NCBI GenBank assembly: GCA_049724395.1
Contig: JAUGWO010000062.1
Coordinates: 1 to 64,000 of the forward strand
Reading direction: 5' to 3'
Length of the DNA: 64,000 nt
Source: Spongospora subterranea f. sp. subterranea
Taxonomy: Eukaryota
The notes below the pieces were generated by a model. It had not been told where the DNA came from, made no database searches, and saw nothing but the letters and a program-made list of their open reading frames with translations. The position numbers and the translations under genes are program-made. Positions 23,029 through 35,750 of the stretch are shown piece by piece; within the stretch, counting starts at the first letter, position 1, and every line of letters starts with the position of its first letter.

Positions 23029-26000
23029 ATGCGTCTATTGGTAATCATCATGGCGCTTAGCGCCGCTGTAGCCCAAATCGGCAGCGCCGACGGCGATTCT
23101 GCGATCATCATACGAATTCCGGCGGTCACATCAGCACCAGAGGGGTTATACGATGCTTCAATAACGCCAACCAGTAGCAGGCTGGGCCAATACGCAATTC
23201 AAGAAGGAAAACTGCCGTTTCCATTCAATTTGCCACCAGTTGATGACAAACTTACCGCTGAATCGGTTCATGTGCGGGAAACTGCTGGAGACCAAGTCAA
23301 GTCTATCTGGAGTTTTGGTGGCTTGGTTCGAGATAGTCAACCAAACTATCTGAACCGAGAGGAACGTGTGCTGCAAAACGCATCCACCGGAAACCTGAGA
23401 GGGAGCGACATTGTGGTGGTATCTCCGCCGGCTTGTCATGATAATGATATGACGAGCGTAGTTGACACCAAGGAAATTGACGCCGTGATTGGGTCAGTCG
23501 ATATGCTCAAGAGTGAAACAAGCTCCAAGGATGGGAAGATATCGCAGCAGGTACCGTTGACACAGTCAAACTTGAATGGGGCCACAATGCAAATGGTAAC
23601 TTCAACGGATTCACCCAAAACTGGGGCGACAGTTCAACAAATGCCGATAATCAACTCAAGCATGTTGCAGAACGGTCTGGAGGGCTCGTGTACATGCCTC
23701 GCCAGGGCTCAGACAATATAGCCAATCACGTCTTAAACAGTTCTTCAAATACGACCGTTAACTCAAGCATGTTGCTAATGACCGAAGGACCTATGCATTT
23801 CCCTCGTAATGAAAAGAAAGACATGACGAATCAAGGCGAAAACAAGTATTCAAACTTGGTGGTTAATTCGAGTACGATTCCACGGGCGGGAGTGCTTATG
23901 TATTTGTCCCGTAACGGTTCAGAGAATACGCCGAATCACGTCGTAAATCGTACTTCAGAAATGAGCGTTAACTCAAGCATGTTGCTACTGACCGAGGGAC
24001 TCAAAGAATCGTCTCGTAACGGATCAGCAAACACAAAAGAGCAAGTTGACAACAAGTTTTCAAATATTTCGGTTAATTCGACCACGATTGAACGGGCGGG
24101 AGGACCTCTGTACTTGTCTCGCAGCGGTGAAGAGGATGTGAAGAATCGTTCTTCAGAAATGGCCGTTAACTCAAGCATTCTGCTGAAGTCAGAGGGTCCC
24201 ATGCAATTGTCTCGTAATGATGTAGACATGAAGAATCGTGTCGCAAACAGTTCTTCAGAAATGGCCATTAACTCAAGCATGCTGCTAACGACCAAGGGAC
24301 CTATGCAATTTTCTGGTAATGATGTACAGGATACGAAGAGTCACCTCGCAAACAGTTCTTCAGAAATGGCCGTTAACTCAAGCATGCTGCTAAAGACCGA
24401 GAGACCTATGCAATTGTCTCGTAATGATACAGACATGAAGAATCGTGTCGCAAACAGTTCTTCAGAAATGGCCGTTAACTCAAGCTTGCTGCTAAAGACC
24501 GAGAGACCTATGCAATTGTCTCGTAATGATACAGACATGAAGAATCGTGTCGCAAACAGTTCTTCAGAAATGGCCGTTAACTCAAGCTTGCTGCTAAAGA
24601 CCGAGAGACCTATGCAATTGTCTCGTAATGATACAGACATGAAGAATCGTGTCGCAAACAGTTCTTCAGAAATGGCCGTTAACTCAAGCTTGCTGCTAAA
24701 GACCGAGAGACCTATGCAACTGTCTCGTAATGATACAGACATGAAGAATCGTGTCACAAACAGTTCTTCAGAGGAGGCCGTTAACTCAAGCTTGCTGCTA
24801 ACGACCAAGGGACCTATGCAACTGTCTCGTAATGCTTCAGGAGGAATACCGAAACAAGTCTACATCAACTCTACAACGGCTAATTCGAGCGCAATGCCAC
24901 ACGAGACACACTTGCATCGCAACGAAACGCAATCCGAGAGCAGTTCTGCAGAAACAACCCAGCTGAACGGTAATATTACGTATGCCGTGTCGAATGGAAT
25001 GAAAGGAACAGCAATACTTCCTAAACCGGACTTGCTAAGTAATGAAGATATCGGTATTTCTGGCAACGGGACGACAGCTATGAGCATTAATGGCCCGGCC
25101 GCAATCAGTGTGCAGCAAGTATTACAAGATGGACGTAATAACAACACAGCTGAAATTAAAACTTGGCAAATTGTGAAATTGAACTCATCAACAAGTTCTA
25201 ATCACACAGAAACCATCGCTGGCAATAAGGGAAAGCCGGGGTCATCAAGTAAACTAGCACATGGACAAGGTACAAGGACCAGCAACGGAATTCAAATCCA
25301 CCGTAAGAACCACAAACAAAAACCAATTCAGGTATCGCCACATGTCAGCGGTGAAAGAGTAAACCCTAAGAAGAAAGCTGTGAGCGTTGGAATTTCAACA
25401 GTCACAAACGGATCATTGACAACTTCAGAGAGTGTAGCGCCAGTATCTGCGTCTGCAAACCTTGACGCCATTCTGGAGGAGATGAAAGCGGAACGGGCCC
25501 ATACTGAAGCAAATCGAAAAGGTCATGGGATCAGAGACACTAACGCAACTAGTGATCAGGCTCTGGCAGATTCTATCATGAAGATATTGCATGAACACCA
25601 TGTAAACTCGGGAGCTCAGGGAACATTCCACGCCAGCGGTGAACGGGTAACTCCCGTGAAGGCGGATGAGACCTTGCGAAATGCAACGGCCACGATGATG
25701 TCCATTGGAAAATCTAACGTGTCGGTTGTTGACGCCTTTGGGAAAGAAGCGATTGTAAAGAATTCCCATGTTGAAAGTGATATCGGTGGACATGAAATGT
25801 TTAACGAAACCGCGACCGAAGTCGGGATTTTGATGGGTGCGTTTGGAAATGTGTTGCACGCTCATCAAGATGGTAGCGCCGGTCACGTCAATGACTCTCA
25901 GCAAAGCGAAGTGGGCTTTTCGGGGCAATATCAAGGAAACACGACACAGCGCGAATTTGCTGCTGAAGATGCCACGGCCGTGGAAAAGATTAACAACTCG

Positions 26001-26495
26001 TTCAATGATTCAGCACGGATTTTAGCTGAGCGCGAACGGAAGGCTGAGATCGATGCATATCGAATAACTACGATATCTGCCCGAGATTTGAAAACGAATC
26101 AAGAGGTTACTTTAGCACCTGAACTTGCACCGGAGAATCCACTATTTCGTAGTATATACCTTAACTCTATCTCTGCAAATGACGTCCGTGGATCTGAGCT
26201 ATTCCAACGAATTCCCAACGAAAGATACACCGGGAATCAGCAGCTGACCCCAAATCTGTTCATTGGCGACGATAAAAATACGCCTCCTGGACCAAATGGG
26301 CAATTGTTTGAGTTCGCCCAGGAACCTGCTGTCGGCAATGTGCAGGGAGGACAGCGCTTTTCAAACAGACAGTCTGTCAGTCCTGCCATGCGCAACGATC
26401 AGGCGATGTTGCAGCAAATATTGGCGCCAATGGTAATATCGCCAGAGGATGGCCAAACGCCAAGATCGAGAATGGCATTTTATGAAGCTCGTTAG
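23029..26495 (+). CDS. Large secreted Asn/Ser/Met-rich repeat glycoprotein (~1150 aa if the frameshift at ~23668 is corrected)
   Basis: Signal-like N-terminus MRLLVIIMALSAAVA. Overlapping ORFs 23029-23721 and 23688-26495 share one repeat family (NSSML.. / NSTTIERAGG). Very many N-x-S/T sequons. Confidence 0.8.
24140..24832 (+). repeat. 102-bp coding tandem repeat (34 aa: NSSSEMAVNSSLLLKTERPMQLSRNDTDMKNRVA), ~6-7 copies
   Basis: AACAGTTCTTCAGA recurs at 24351, 24453, 24555, 24657 and 24759. Confidence 0.95.
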
Positions 26496-26636
26496 GTACT
26501 ATCGAATGAGAACAGCAATTCCCTGATTTAATCTAAACTGAGTTGACTATACGGATATAAGTAGAACGAGCCCGTTACGAAATTTAATACATAAACTGCG
26601 ATTGACTTATTCAGATAATTACGCGATCGTTTGACC

Positions 26637-27470
26637 TCAACTGCTAGCGATTGACCTTTCAGACTTGTTTCTTTTGAGCGATAAATTTTGGAAGGGGGCG
26701 CGCCTAAGAATGACGAGCGTTACATATATGTGACAAAAACAGATATAAATTTGAACCTTGAACATATGCCGATTGAGTTCTTTTACAATCTCACGATCTT
26801 TGATCTTCTGTTCTTCGATCGACAACTGCCTCTTGGACTCCTCAGCGATGCTTTGTCGTTGAATACGTTCTATTTCTTTCTCCTTTCGTGCAATCATGAG
26901 AGCATCACATTTAAGATTGAAAGGGTGCTAAAATGATGCATCACAAACTATCTTATCGATAGTGATGACATGACAAACAGGTTGAGTTATAGCAGCTATC
27001 GGTTTTGACGCGATATTGGCACTTTTCCGCCGTGAATCGGTGCCAGGACGCGCGTAGGAATGTGGATGTGACGAAGGGGTCGAAGTGCGTCTCTTTGTCA
27101 AATGTTTTGCCTAATAAAGTTTGTAAAATAGGCGAATTTTCCTAAGATATTGTTACAGCCAACCTTGAAACCTGAGAATTCTAGAACTGCTGCTTGAAGT
27201 TTTGCCGACCTTGGTCTGTGCAAAAGCTCTGGTGATACTGATCTTATATGACAATATTAATTTCATGGAAAATGAGGGTGAGCCCATACCTGGTTGGCTT
27301 ATAATTCGACTGCTTGATCTTAAATGGGGAATACACTCCCCGGCTAATCGTACCCGGTTTGAATCGCTGGTGTGGTGGCGAGGTCGTCACGAGACAGGTA
27401 GCAGGTGCCGTTCCCTCATTCGCCATCCAATTACCAAGTGGTAGTACGATACGATCCGCTAAACGACATT
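26637..27470 (-). CDS. Small multi-exon TPX2-like coiled-coil protein (5' end uncertain)
   Basis: Spliced reading gives ...GFK|AK...ITQP|HPFNLK...charged coiled coil...KELNRHMFK|ARPF, resembling TPX2-family FKAxP and P..F.L motifs. Confidence 0.45.
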
Positions 27471-27766
27471 GATTGAAATGCACGATACAGAGGCCGCAAC
27501 AACTACCTACATAGGTGTAGGAATAATAGGTGTACGGTATCGGTATCCACTAGCGCAGTAACCCGCACCAATAAGAACGAGTCATATTTTCAGAGAAAGT
27601 CTCAAAACAGGACATGACACGATTTGGTGCAAAGGCCACGCTACGGTATCCATCCGCACTAGCAATACCGTGCTCAAAAGTTTAAATCTCCTCGTAATTC
27701 GTGTTTAACTAACGTCACGGCTGAATTGTCGAACGGGAGTCGACAACCAGGCGTTCGGCTAGGAAA

Positions 27767-29720
27767 ATGTGTGATGACGGTGCTGATGGTGCGAGCTGCT
27801 TCATCTGCAACGTCGATCTGAATGCAATGGAATTGGGACAGCGCAACAGGCACATCAACAACTGTTTGGACGGGCTGGAGGCGCCACATGTTGGTGAAGC
27901 CGATACCGTTAATGTGCAGGCTTTGCCGCATATCTCGCCGACGGATATCACCAGGCTTGTCGAATCTCTTGATTCGGATGATGACGACATAACCTCATCT
28001 TCTACACTGCAACCAGATCCAATCTTGTCGAATGTTTCATCCTCTCGACTATCTCCTGCTGCGCTATCGCCGTTGCTAAGGCCAACTACGCCCCTGGCCC
28101 CGGATATATCTTCTTCGAAATGTTTATCGCCAGAGGAAGCGTTCTCTCCGCCTGAACTAATGTCACGATCCGCAAACCAGTGCTGGATTTGTCACGTGAA
28201 ACTCACCACCTCTGAGGATTTTGCTGGGCATTTAAGCCGGTGTTCGTCTTTACCTGAGGATTTATGTAGGCGTATGCTTGATGGCGACAATGGAGTTGTT
28301 TATCCAGCCATTCTGTCTGTAATCGACAATGAGCTTTCCAACCTGCAGCGCCTGCGCAAGGCCATTTTGGTGCGAAGTTGACATTGGTTATCCAGTTCTT
28401 ACCATATATAAGTATCTCTTACTATGTTTTCGACTATTTCAGTTTTCGTTTGCGGTTCAGTTTCTTTGCAAAGAGCTCCGACATGCATGCTCACTATTCT
28501 GCTGAAAATGTTAGGCCATCTATGAGCCATCCTCTCGACGATCAAGAAAGGTGTTGCCATGTCAAAGAATTAGGCCTAATTTATCACCGGCATTGCAACC
28601 TTTGCAGACAACAACAACAGAAATTTGTAATGGCGTTGTTGCCACCAGAGCGAAACGAGATTCAGGGGAATCTGATCCAAACCATGATGGAGCATTGGGA
28701 AGATGGCCACGCATCGGCAACATTGTAATGCAGTCATCGATCTCTTCTTAGTTCTTTGATCTGTTCTGAGCCAACTCGGAATCATATATCTAACTGACAT
28801 AACTTCATTTTTTATAGAGTGCGGCACCGCCATCCATTATGGACGCAACCTTGTCGAGGACGGTTGAGGAATCACCGAGCGACCAGGAGAATCAAAAAGG
28901 TGAGAACAGTGCAATCCCTCCTTGCCCCAATTATCAGTCGATGACAATCCCAGAACTCAAGGTAATACGTCTTTCTTGTGTATAATTTCAGTTCGTTGGA
29001 ATTATTTGTAGTATTTTTGCAAAATTGTCTCGAACCTGATCTACGAGATGTCTATTCCGTATTTTAGAATTTTAATTAGTTGTCTGCAAATTTCTCTGAA
29101 TCATTTTTACTATTACATTTCCAGTGCTTCTATGCACCTTCTGATGTTGTGCTGGATTTTTTCAGAAAATCATGTCAAACTATGGTTTTCGATCGGGATC
29201 AAAAACCTATATGGTGCGCGAATTGACTGACATCTGGGCGACCATCCATCGTCCTCAGGAGCCGGCGCCTACATTACCGGCAATGGATCCATTCCGGTCC
29301 CCGCCTAATCCCCGCCGCAGACGAAAGGTGGGCGCCGAGACCAACACCTCCAATAAACTTGGATTTTAACTCAATAACAGGCAGATTTCGCTGCGTCAAA
29401 CCCCCCGGTTAATTCAATATTCTCGTTCATCGCCAAACATGATCTTCTGCTGGAACACATCCTCTGTCTACAGGTTTTGCTTTCTATTATATTTTAATTT
29501 CTGCATCTTATCAGATGATTTTTTACTAGAGCGTTGACGTGAATGAGTTACATTTCGAGTTGAAGCGTGCCGAGATCACTGTCCCACTTCGAGTGAGCAA
29601 ACCAGTGGTTTCTTGTTTTACCGTTTATTCCAATGTGTTTCTCAGGAAGTGATCCGTTTCTGCCGCGAGCAAGGCATTAACACAGTCGATAAATATCGCC
29701 AGGCAACCAATACATCATGA
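27767..29720 (+). CDS. SLX4: Structure-specific endonuclease scaffold SLX4-like protein (multi-exon)
   Basis: N-terminal UBZ-type finger CFIC...RNRHINNCLD and a second finger CWIC...HLSRC. SAP domain PNYQSMTIPELK|KIMSNYGFR...MVRELTDIW. C-terminal SLX1-binding-like segment LLEHILCLQ|SVDVNELH...|VIRFCREQGI. Confidence 0.8.
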
Positions 29721-30154
29721 AGAACTGCATTTCCACGGTTGCGAGAGTTTGTAAATTCATCTTTGGCTATGCGCTTAACCCAAAAACGGTGTACTCTAGG
29801 TCTTTATCATTGCATTGACAGATACGATGTGGACCATAACCGGAACCGCTATCGCGCGCGCTACTTATTTCCAACTCGGCCGCGAGGCATGAATTTATCA
29901 AATGGGCACCAGCTAACTGGCACACGATTTCGAAACGTGTTTTTCATCAATTTGTTGTTTGTGCTCGGATGCACTCACACATCGGTCAAATTCGGAGGAT
30001 ATACTGTCATAGCTTTGCGATGACTCACCGGTTGCTTATCATTGGATAAACATCCATGAGTCAGCATGCAAATCGAGTGGACACTGGGTTTTATATCATA
30101 GTTGGGAATTAATTTAACATCTAACCAGAGGCTGCGGTCCTGGATTTCAATCAT

Positions 30155-31105
30155 ATGCGCCAGGATGGGCTAAATCACTCGTCGAACTCCCAGCTGGTAA
30201 GACGCGCCAAATCCCATGATACTGATTGGAAGCAGCAACACGGACCAAAAAACTTGCTTGAAGATTACGATGTTGATAGGGTTATTTGCAAAACCCTTCA
30301 AGGTTCTGTCGTCTTAATGCGCGAAAAGCAATCCGGCAAGCTGTTCGCTGTCAAAATCGCTCTGAAACGTCTGGTTGATCGAGGAATGGCTGCGAACGGG
30401 GTTAGAATCTGCGAAAATATTTGTAATGAGGCAAAAATATTACGCTCTCTCGCAGCAATGCCATCGTCACAAAATATTATTCAGTACCATGATCAACGGG
30501 AAGATGACGAACGCCATATCCTGATAATGGAGTTCGCAGGATGTGGCGAACTGTTCGACTGGATTAAGGAGCGTGGAGTCATCGCCAATGACAGAGCCGT
30601 TGTCATCTTTCGAGGCCTTACCAACGCCTTAACGATAATTCACGGCCGTCAAATTTGCCATTTGGACCTATCATTGGAAAATATTCTGCTCATGGCTGAT
30701 CAGACGCCGAAAATTTGCGATTTCGGGCTAGCAAGGTCTTTCCAAGATGGGGTCAAATTTCGTGGCGATCCGACCAGCCGACCTGGAAAGCTATCATATA
30801 TGTCACCGGAAGTTTACGCTGGTGACGGTTTCTATGGGCCTGCTGCTGATATCTGGTCGCTAGGAATCATCCTGTTCATTATTGTGTTTGGGTTTCCACC
30901 GTTCGAAGTGGCATCGCCCAGCGATGTTCGGTATGAGTTCATGGCGCGCCATGGCCTAGCAGCTCTCCTGACCGAATGGGGCTTGCGCCACCGTGTCAGC
31001 GAGCAATGTCTTGACCTAATCACCTCGATGTTACGGCCGCAGTGCTCGCGAATCACGCTGCCCAACGTCCTGGCCCATCCTTGGCTTCGATCAACAAAGA
31101 AATGA
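30155..31105 (+). CDS. Ser/Thr protein kinase, CAMK-like
   Basis: Motifs FAVK, E in helix C, HLDLSLEN, DFG, GKLSYMSPE and DIWSLG. A possible short upstream exon at 30066-30087 splices in frame via intron 30088-30128. Confidence 0.93.
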   Translation: MRQDGLNHSSNSQLVRRAKSHDTDWKQQHGPKNLLEDYDVDRVICKTLQGSVVLMREKQSGKLFAVKIALKRLVDRGMAANGVRICENICNEAKILRSLAAMPSSQNIIQYHDQREDDERHILIMEFAGCGELFDWIKERGVIANDRAVVIFRGLTNALTIIHGRQICHLDLSLENILLMADQTPKICDFGLARSFQDGVKFRGDPTSRPGKLSYMSPEVYAGDGFYGPAADIWSLGIILFIIVFGFPPFEVASPSDVRYEFMARHGLAALLTEWGLRHRVSEQCLDLITSMLRPQCSRITLPNVLAHPWLRSTKK

Positions 31106-31267
31106 CCGATTAACACGGAAAATTCAACAATAACAAAATGAGTGTCTAAAAATAACATGAAATTTAATAATCCGACTCGAACAGTGAAGCATAGAGGGCT
31201 GTGTAAGAATAAGCGATAATAATATTGATAGATAGTATAGTCAAGTTGGAGGTGACGCTAGTGACAA

Positions 31268-31681
31268 TCAGGAAGTAATCTTATCAGCACCTCCTGCGAT
31301 GGTCTCCGGAGACAGCTCCCAGGTATCATCGTCAACATGGGTGACGCTCTCGTTCTTCTCAGATAGGATGTCTTCAACATTACGCTTGCCACCTCCAAAA
31401 TAGTTCAGGTTATCGGCCAGCAAATGCAAATTTGTACAGGTTGGACAGCGGGCTAAAACGACCCCGTGGTAATACGCCTGCTTGGACATCGACTTTGCTG
31501 TGCGAGTCGAACACACCTTGCACGTGAACAGCATGTGCAGGCGGGGATCCGATTGACTCGGTGTAGACGCTGCAAAACGCGGGCGCAAGCAGCGATTGTT
31601 TAGGACGACATTGGGCGGTCTATAGTTATTGGCGCCCGCCCTACATCTCAATGCCACTTTCTGCATAGTCCTCAACATCAT
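31268..31681 (-). CDS. DNLZ: Mitochondrial DNL-type zinc finger protein (Tim15/Zim17/HEP1)
   Basis: FTCKVCSTR...SKQAYYHGVVLARCPTCTNLHLLADNL.YF...NVEDIL. Arg-rich presequence-like N-terminus. Confidence 0.92.
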   Translation of the reverse strand: MMLRTMQKVALRCRAGANNYRPPNVVLNNRCLRPRFAASTPSQSDPRLHMLFTCKVCSTRTAKSMSKQAYYHGVVLARCPTCTNLHLLADNLNYFGGGKRNVEDILSEKNESVTHVDDDTWELSPETIAGGADKITS

Positions 31682-31799
31682 GGTGAGTTTCCCGGAAATG
31701 CCAGCAAACTCAACAGCATCAACGTGGCGCAATTTTGATATCAGAGCGCAACCATGATGTCACGAAATCAAAGGAAAACTGCGTGACTGTCCAAAGTAT

Positions 31800-32700
31800 C
31801 CAATGCGTTATTTGGGAACATGCGGGAAATGGATCGAGAGAAAGGTCCACACAGTCGTCCAAAACCTTTTGGTTGAATAACAGCAGTTACAGCACCGACA
31901 CCATCCGGAACGATATTCAAACACTGGCTATTGACTTCCACCATAACAATCCTGATAGGCCGGCACCGAGCACCAACAACATGACTCGCTCGGATACCGG
32001 TGGGGACGGTGACATTAGTCGGGGCAGACTGTAATGATACGGGCAAAAGGCCGTTCCCGCTGCACCCAATCAAGTGAAGCCATCAACTCCGTTTTGATAT
32101 AACAACAACATTCGTATATCATAACAGTAAACCAGATTGCGGTAGACCTGAACACACTACCGCAGATCACAAAACCATTGAGTATTTACATCGTGAAATG
32201 GAATTCAACATTCTAAGCACAAAGATGGAATCGTCCAAATACATCATAGGCTTTACCCAATAGCTTTCTACCGGTGACGATCTCCACTGTAGTCTCATGT
32301 TTGGACATTGATTTCCATGAAACGGCTCAAATGCGTCGTTCATGGACCACACACACAGGCACTCAATCATGGCAATTGTGCTTACGGCAAGAACAAAATC
32401 TTCGCTCAATTGCAGCAACTGTGAGCTCAACAATCCGATACTTGTTGGTTTTTGTCAAATGACCGGTTTGACTCGTACGTTTTGGGTTCTCAAGAACTCC
32501 AAACGAGTACGGTCTTGGACCCAGTCGTGGTACAGAGTTGGCCGGGGCTGTTTGTGAAATATGGCATTAGACAGTGCATCTGCTCTGTATAGTTGACATT
32601 GTTCTGAACAGTACTCGGGCATTTCCTGGTCCATTGCGGGTCGCTCTGGGGCCGATGATTTCTGGCGTGTATGATCAGTCGAGCAATTAGACGATTCGAA
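31800..32700 (-). mobile_element. Decayed pogo/Tigger-like DDE transposase
   Basis: W...FLRTQNVRVK...QKP and IVPDGV..TAVIQP...LCGPFSR resemble pogo WxxxFxxR...QKLP and IPGGxTxxLQPLD...PFK motifs. Many stops. Confidence 0.5.
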
Positions 32701-33908
32701 CACGAATTGTATGGCTTGTCAGGCAAACGGGGTGTCGCGAGGATTATCTTCGTGTGCTTGACGACATGAAAATACAGTTTCATTCGCTTACACTCGCTGT
32801 CATTTCGTCGCGGGTGTTTCGTGAACGCAAAGGCAAGATGCGGTCAACTACCAAAACAGGCGGCTTTGAGGTCGAAATCTTCACCTATCCATATAATTGG
32901 TGGCGGTTTTGATGCAGACGCAAAGCCATCCATAGAACAAGTCGTCAAAGCGACACTGTCTACCACAATTCCATGCCAACAAACGATCCCAGGATTAGAG
33001 GTGCTCCATAAGTTGGCAAAATTATCACAGACGTTGCTGAGTCAAGAATGTTTTGGAGAGAACTTGTTCCGAATTAGCCACAATGATTTTCCCTTTAAAA
33101 TTCGGAATGTTGAGTTCAATATTGTTGTCATCAACTTTTTGTCTCATGCACCTATGGCAAGGGATTATATTTCGGCACATGCTGTACCGATTTCGTCATC
33201 ACGACAATATCCCTTTGTGCCTTTTTGCCGTGTTTAATCAGTGCTGGATGCGAGATATAGAAGGCGTCAACGCGTAATCTGTTTTATCAGTTCTGCCTTC
33301 GGGTGTCGATTAGTTGCTGAGAATCGGTGCGTTTGTGTTTATGAGACGCAGCAAAGCAAAATATGAGGCAGAATGGTGAAGCGAGGTTCAGGTGCGGTGA
33401 ACAAGGGCATTGTCGTAGGCAATTGGTTGCCCGCGTAGGAGAGTGCTATGAGCACTCTCGACCACGTCAATGCAACAAATGGTGTGGTTCGCCAAATCCA
33501 CCTTTGAACAGGACCCATCCAGATAAGACTGATGTCACTTAAACCGAGTCGGTATTGAAGTGGTGAAAGTGAATGAAATAAGTCACATTCCAAAACAAGA
33601 TCTCGTTCCCATTTGAACTTAGACAACGGCGCGTCAAAGACAACGTTATCAGCTAAATGTTGTCTTCGATATCTGCAATAACCCCTGTGATGATACGAAC
33701 CCTCGATCCTCCTCTAACTTGTAAGCTTGCTTTCATAAGTCATTCGACCATTTTGACGAATAAAATCAAACTGCGATTCGATGACGACAGCGAATAATGC
33801 GAACCTTTTTATGTGTATTCAAATTGTATGGTTAAACAAAAAAGCTTGGCTCGTTTCATAAATCCAAGTTAATGGAACAGCAACACTGCTCCCAGGTCCG
33901 ATTCTTCA

Positions 33909-34340
33909 TCATTCTTCGTAAAAATTTGCCTTTACTCGCTTAAAAACAGCTCTCTGAAATATAACGTGTTCTGTCGGCAACACTGGGTGACAGTTTCCCT
34001 TTACGATCGTGATCTGCATCTCCGAAAGCATAGATCTATCTTTTTCAAAAGCCAATGGATGTGAATCGCAAGAATCACCGTCATCATCATCACTGATTTC
34101 CTCTTCGCTGCTGTCCAGCCATATAATAAACGATGTGGTCCTGGATGTCGGGAACTTGTAATCAGGCAAGCCCTGAATGGTAATTTGATTTAATTGACCA
34201 TCGGCATGCAAAACACATCCTGTCTTCGCGAAGTATCTGGAAATGCAGCGACTCTCCGTCCACGTTCGCATCGCAGGGGACAAGACCTCTAACTCCATCG
34301 CCAACCAATTCGAAAGTGGCCGTTTGCGTTGCGAGTACAA
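33909..34340 (-). mobile_element. C-terminal remnant of a pogo-like transposase
   Basis: RKRPLSNWL...RYFAKTGCVLHADG...ITIQGLPDYKFP followed by an acidic tail resembles the C-terminal end of pogo-family transposases. Confidence 0.45.
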
Positions 34341-34504
34341 CTTCAGCGGAACGGGGGCAATGGACTGGACAGCCTGAGCTAGTCGGCAACCCCAGGCAGC
34401 AACTGCCGCCCCAGCCCAACTCCCCAGCTGACAATGTCATGTCGAGCGTCGTAGATGGGGAACTGAGAGTGCTGTCATTTGGGCGCTCCTAAGGCCGTCT
34501 ACAG

Positions 34505-34710
34505 TATTTGCATTAATGTTTGACCCAAACCCTTCAATCGTATTTATATACAGTCTTTCTCAGCCAGCAAATGACGACGAGAATCGGTTGTTTTTCCTCT
34601 CGACGGTATCATTGACAACACGAATTCGTCTGCCCGTTGGCCTTGTCGCCCTATATATTCTAACATCGGGTGTTATACTGCAATCATTCAACGAATTATT
34701 GAAATACTGA
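34505..34710 (-). mobile_element. Possible Merlin/ISXO2-like transposase remnant
   Basis: VVNDTVERKNNRF ... YINTIEGFGSNI resembles the WVFGxVER and HTNxIEGxWS motifs. Short and contains a stop. Confidence 0.3.
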
Positions 34711-35750
34711 CCAAGATCAATAGTTCAATTTTCTTGGTTTGGTGGTGATTGATGAGATTGGCCTGGCACATTTGCTGATTGCTTAAGCCAACTTGAGTGG
34801 GATAAACCGGATCTGTCAACAACACTTGTGCCCGATCAACTGGATTTTAAATGATGAAACGAACAGCTTGAATAGATACAACATTCACCATCGTGCAGTA
34901 AAAAAAGTGATTTTGAGCTTCGTCTAATTAAAACGGAAATTGAAAAAAGCTTGTGCGAAATTTATCTAATTCACTGACCGGGTGGGAATGATTTCTGGAA
35001 CGACATCGTGTTCAAGTGTTATTGCAATTATTTACCTTGGTAAAGGAAGATTAATGCCCACCGAAGAATGTCTATGAGTTCCTTCAACTTATCGTCATCA
35101 TGATGATTACAATATTGAATCAGGTGCTGACACAATATGTGTTATACTTCTGAAGGGCACCTTCTGCCGACTGTCAGTCTCGTTCTAGGATTCGTTAATC
35201 AGGTTTTAATTTGAGCTGTGAATTTTGGAGCCTGCCAAACTGGGACGCAGGAACACTAAAACGGTCACGACTGAAATCAACGCCCTGCGAGGTCGTTGAA
35301 GGATCAGAGCGATCTCTGGGATGCGGCATCTTGCAATGGATGTATGAGGCGATCAAAAATTAACTCAAAACTATTGAAAAGGAATAGATAAAGGTATCAC
35401 GAAAAGGGGCATTTGCAATTCCTGAAGAACTGTATCTGAACTTTATATGGGTTTGGTGCAGATTGGGATCACAAAGCCGTTCCCATTACCACCATCAAAC
35501 TAGATATATTTATTTGTAAGAACCATTTGGGCAAAGGATGATGAGGTCTGTTCAGAAGTCCCCGCACAAGGAAACAACAAAGAAAAACATGAAAAAAAAT
35601 GAAAATCTTTCAGTTAATCGTCAAAATACTTATATTGATCACCTTTCATGTTTATTGATTGCAATGTACGTGCTGAAAATGTGATGTAATGCGCTGGAAA
35701 TTGATGGAAATGATGTGAAGACCTTGGCCAGGGAGTTTCACCTCACTGGT

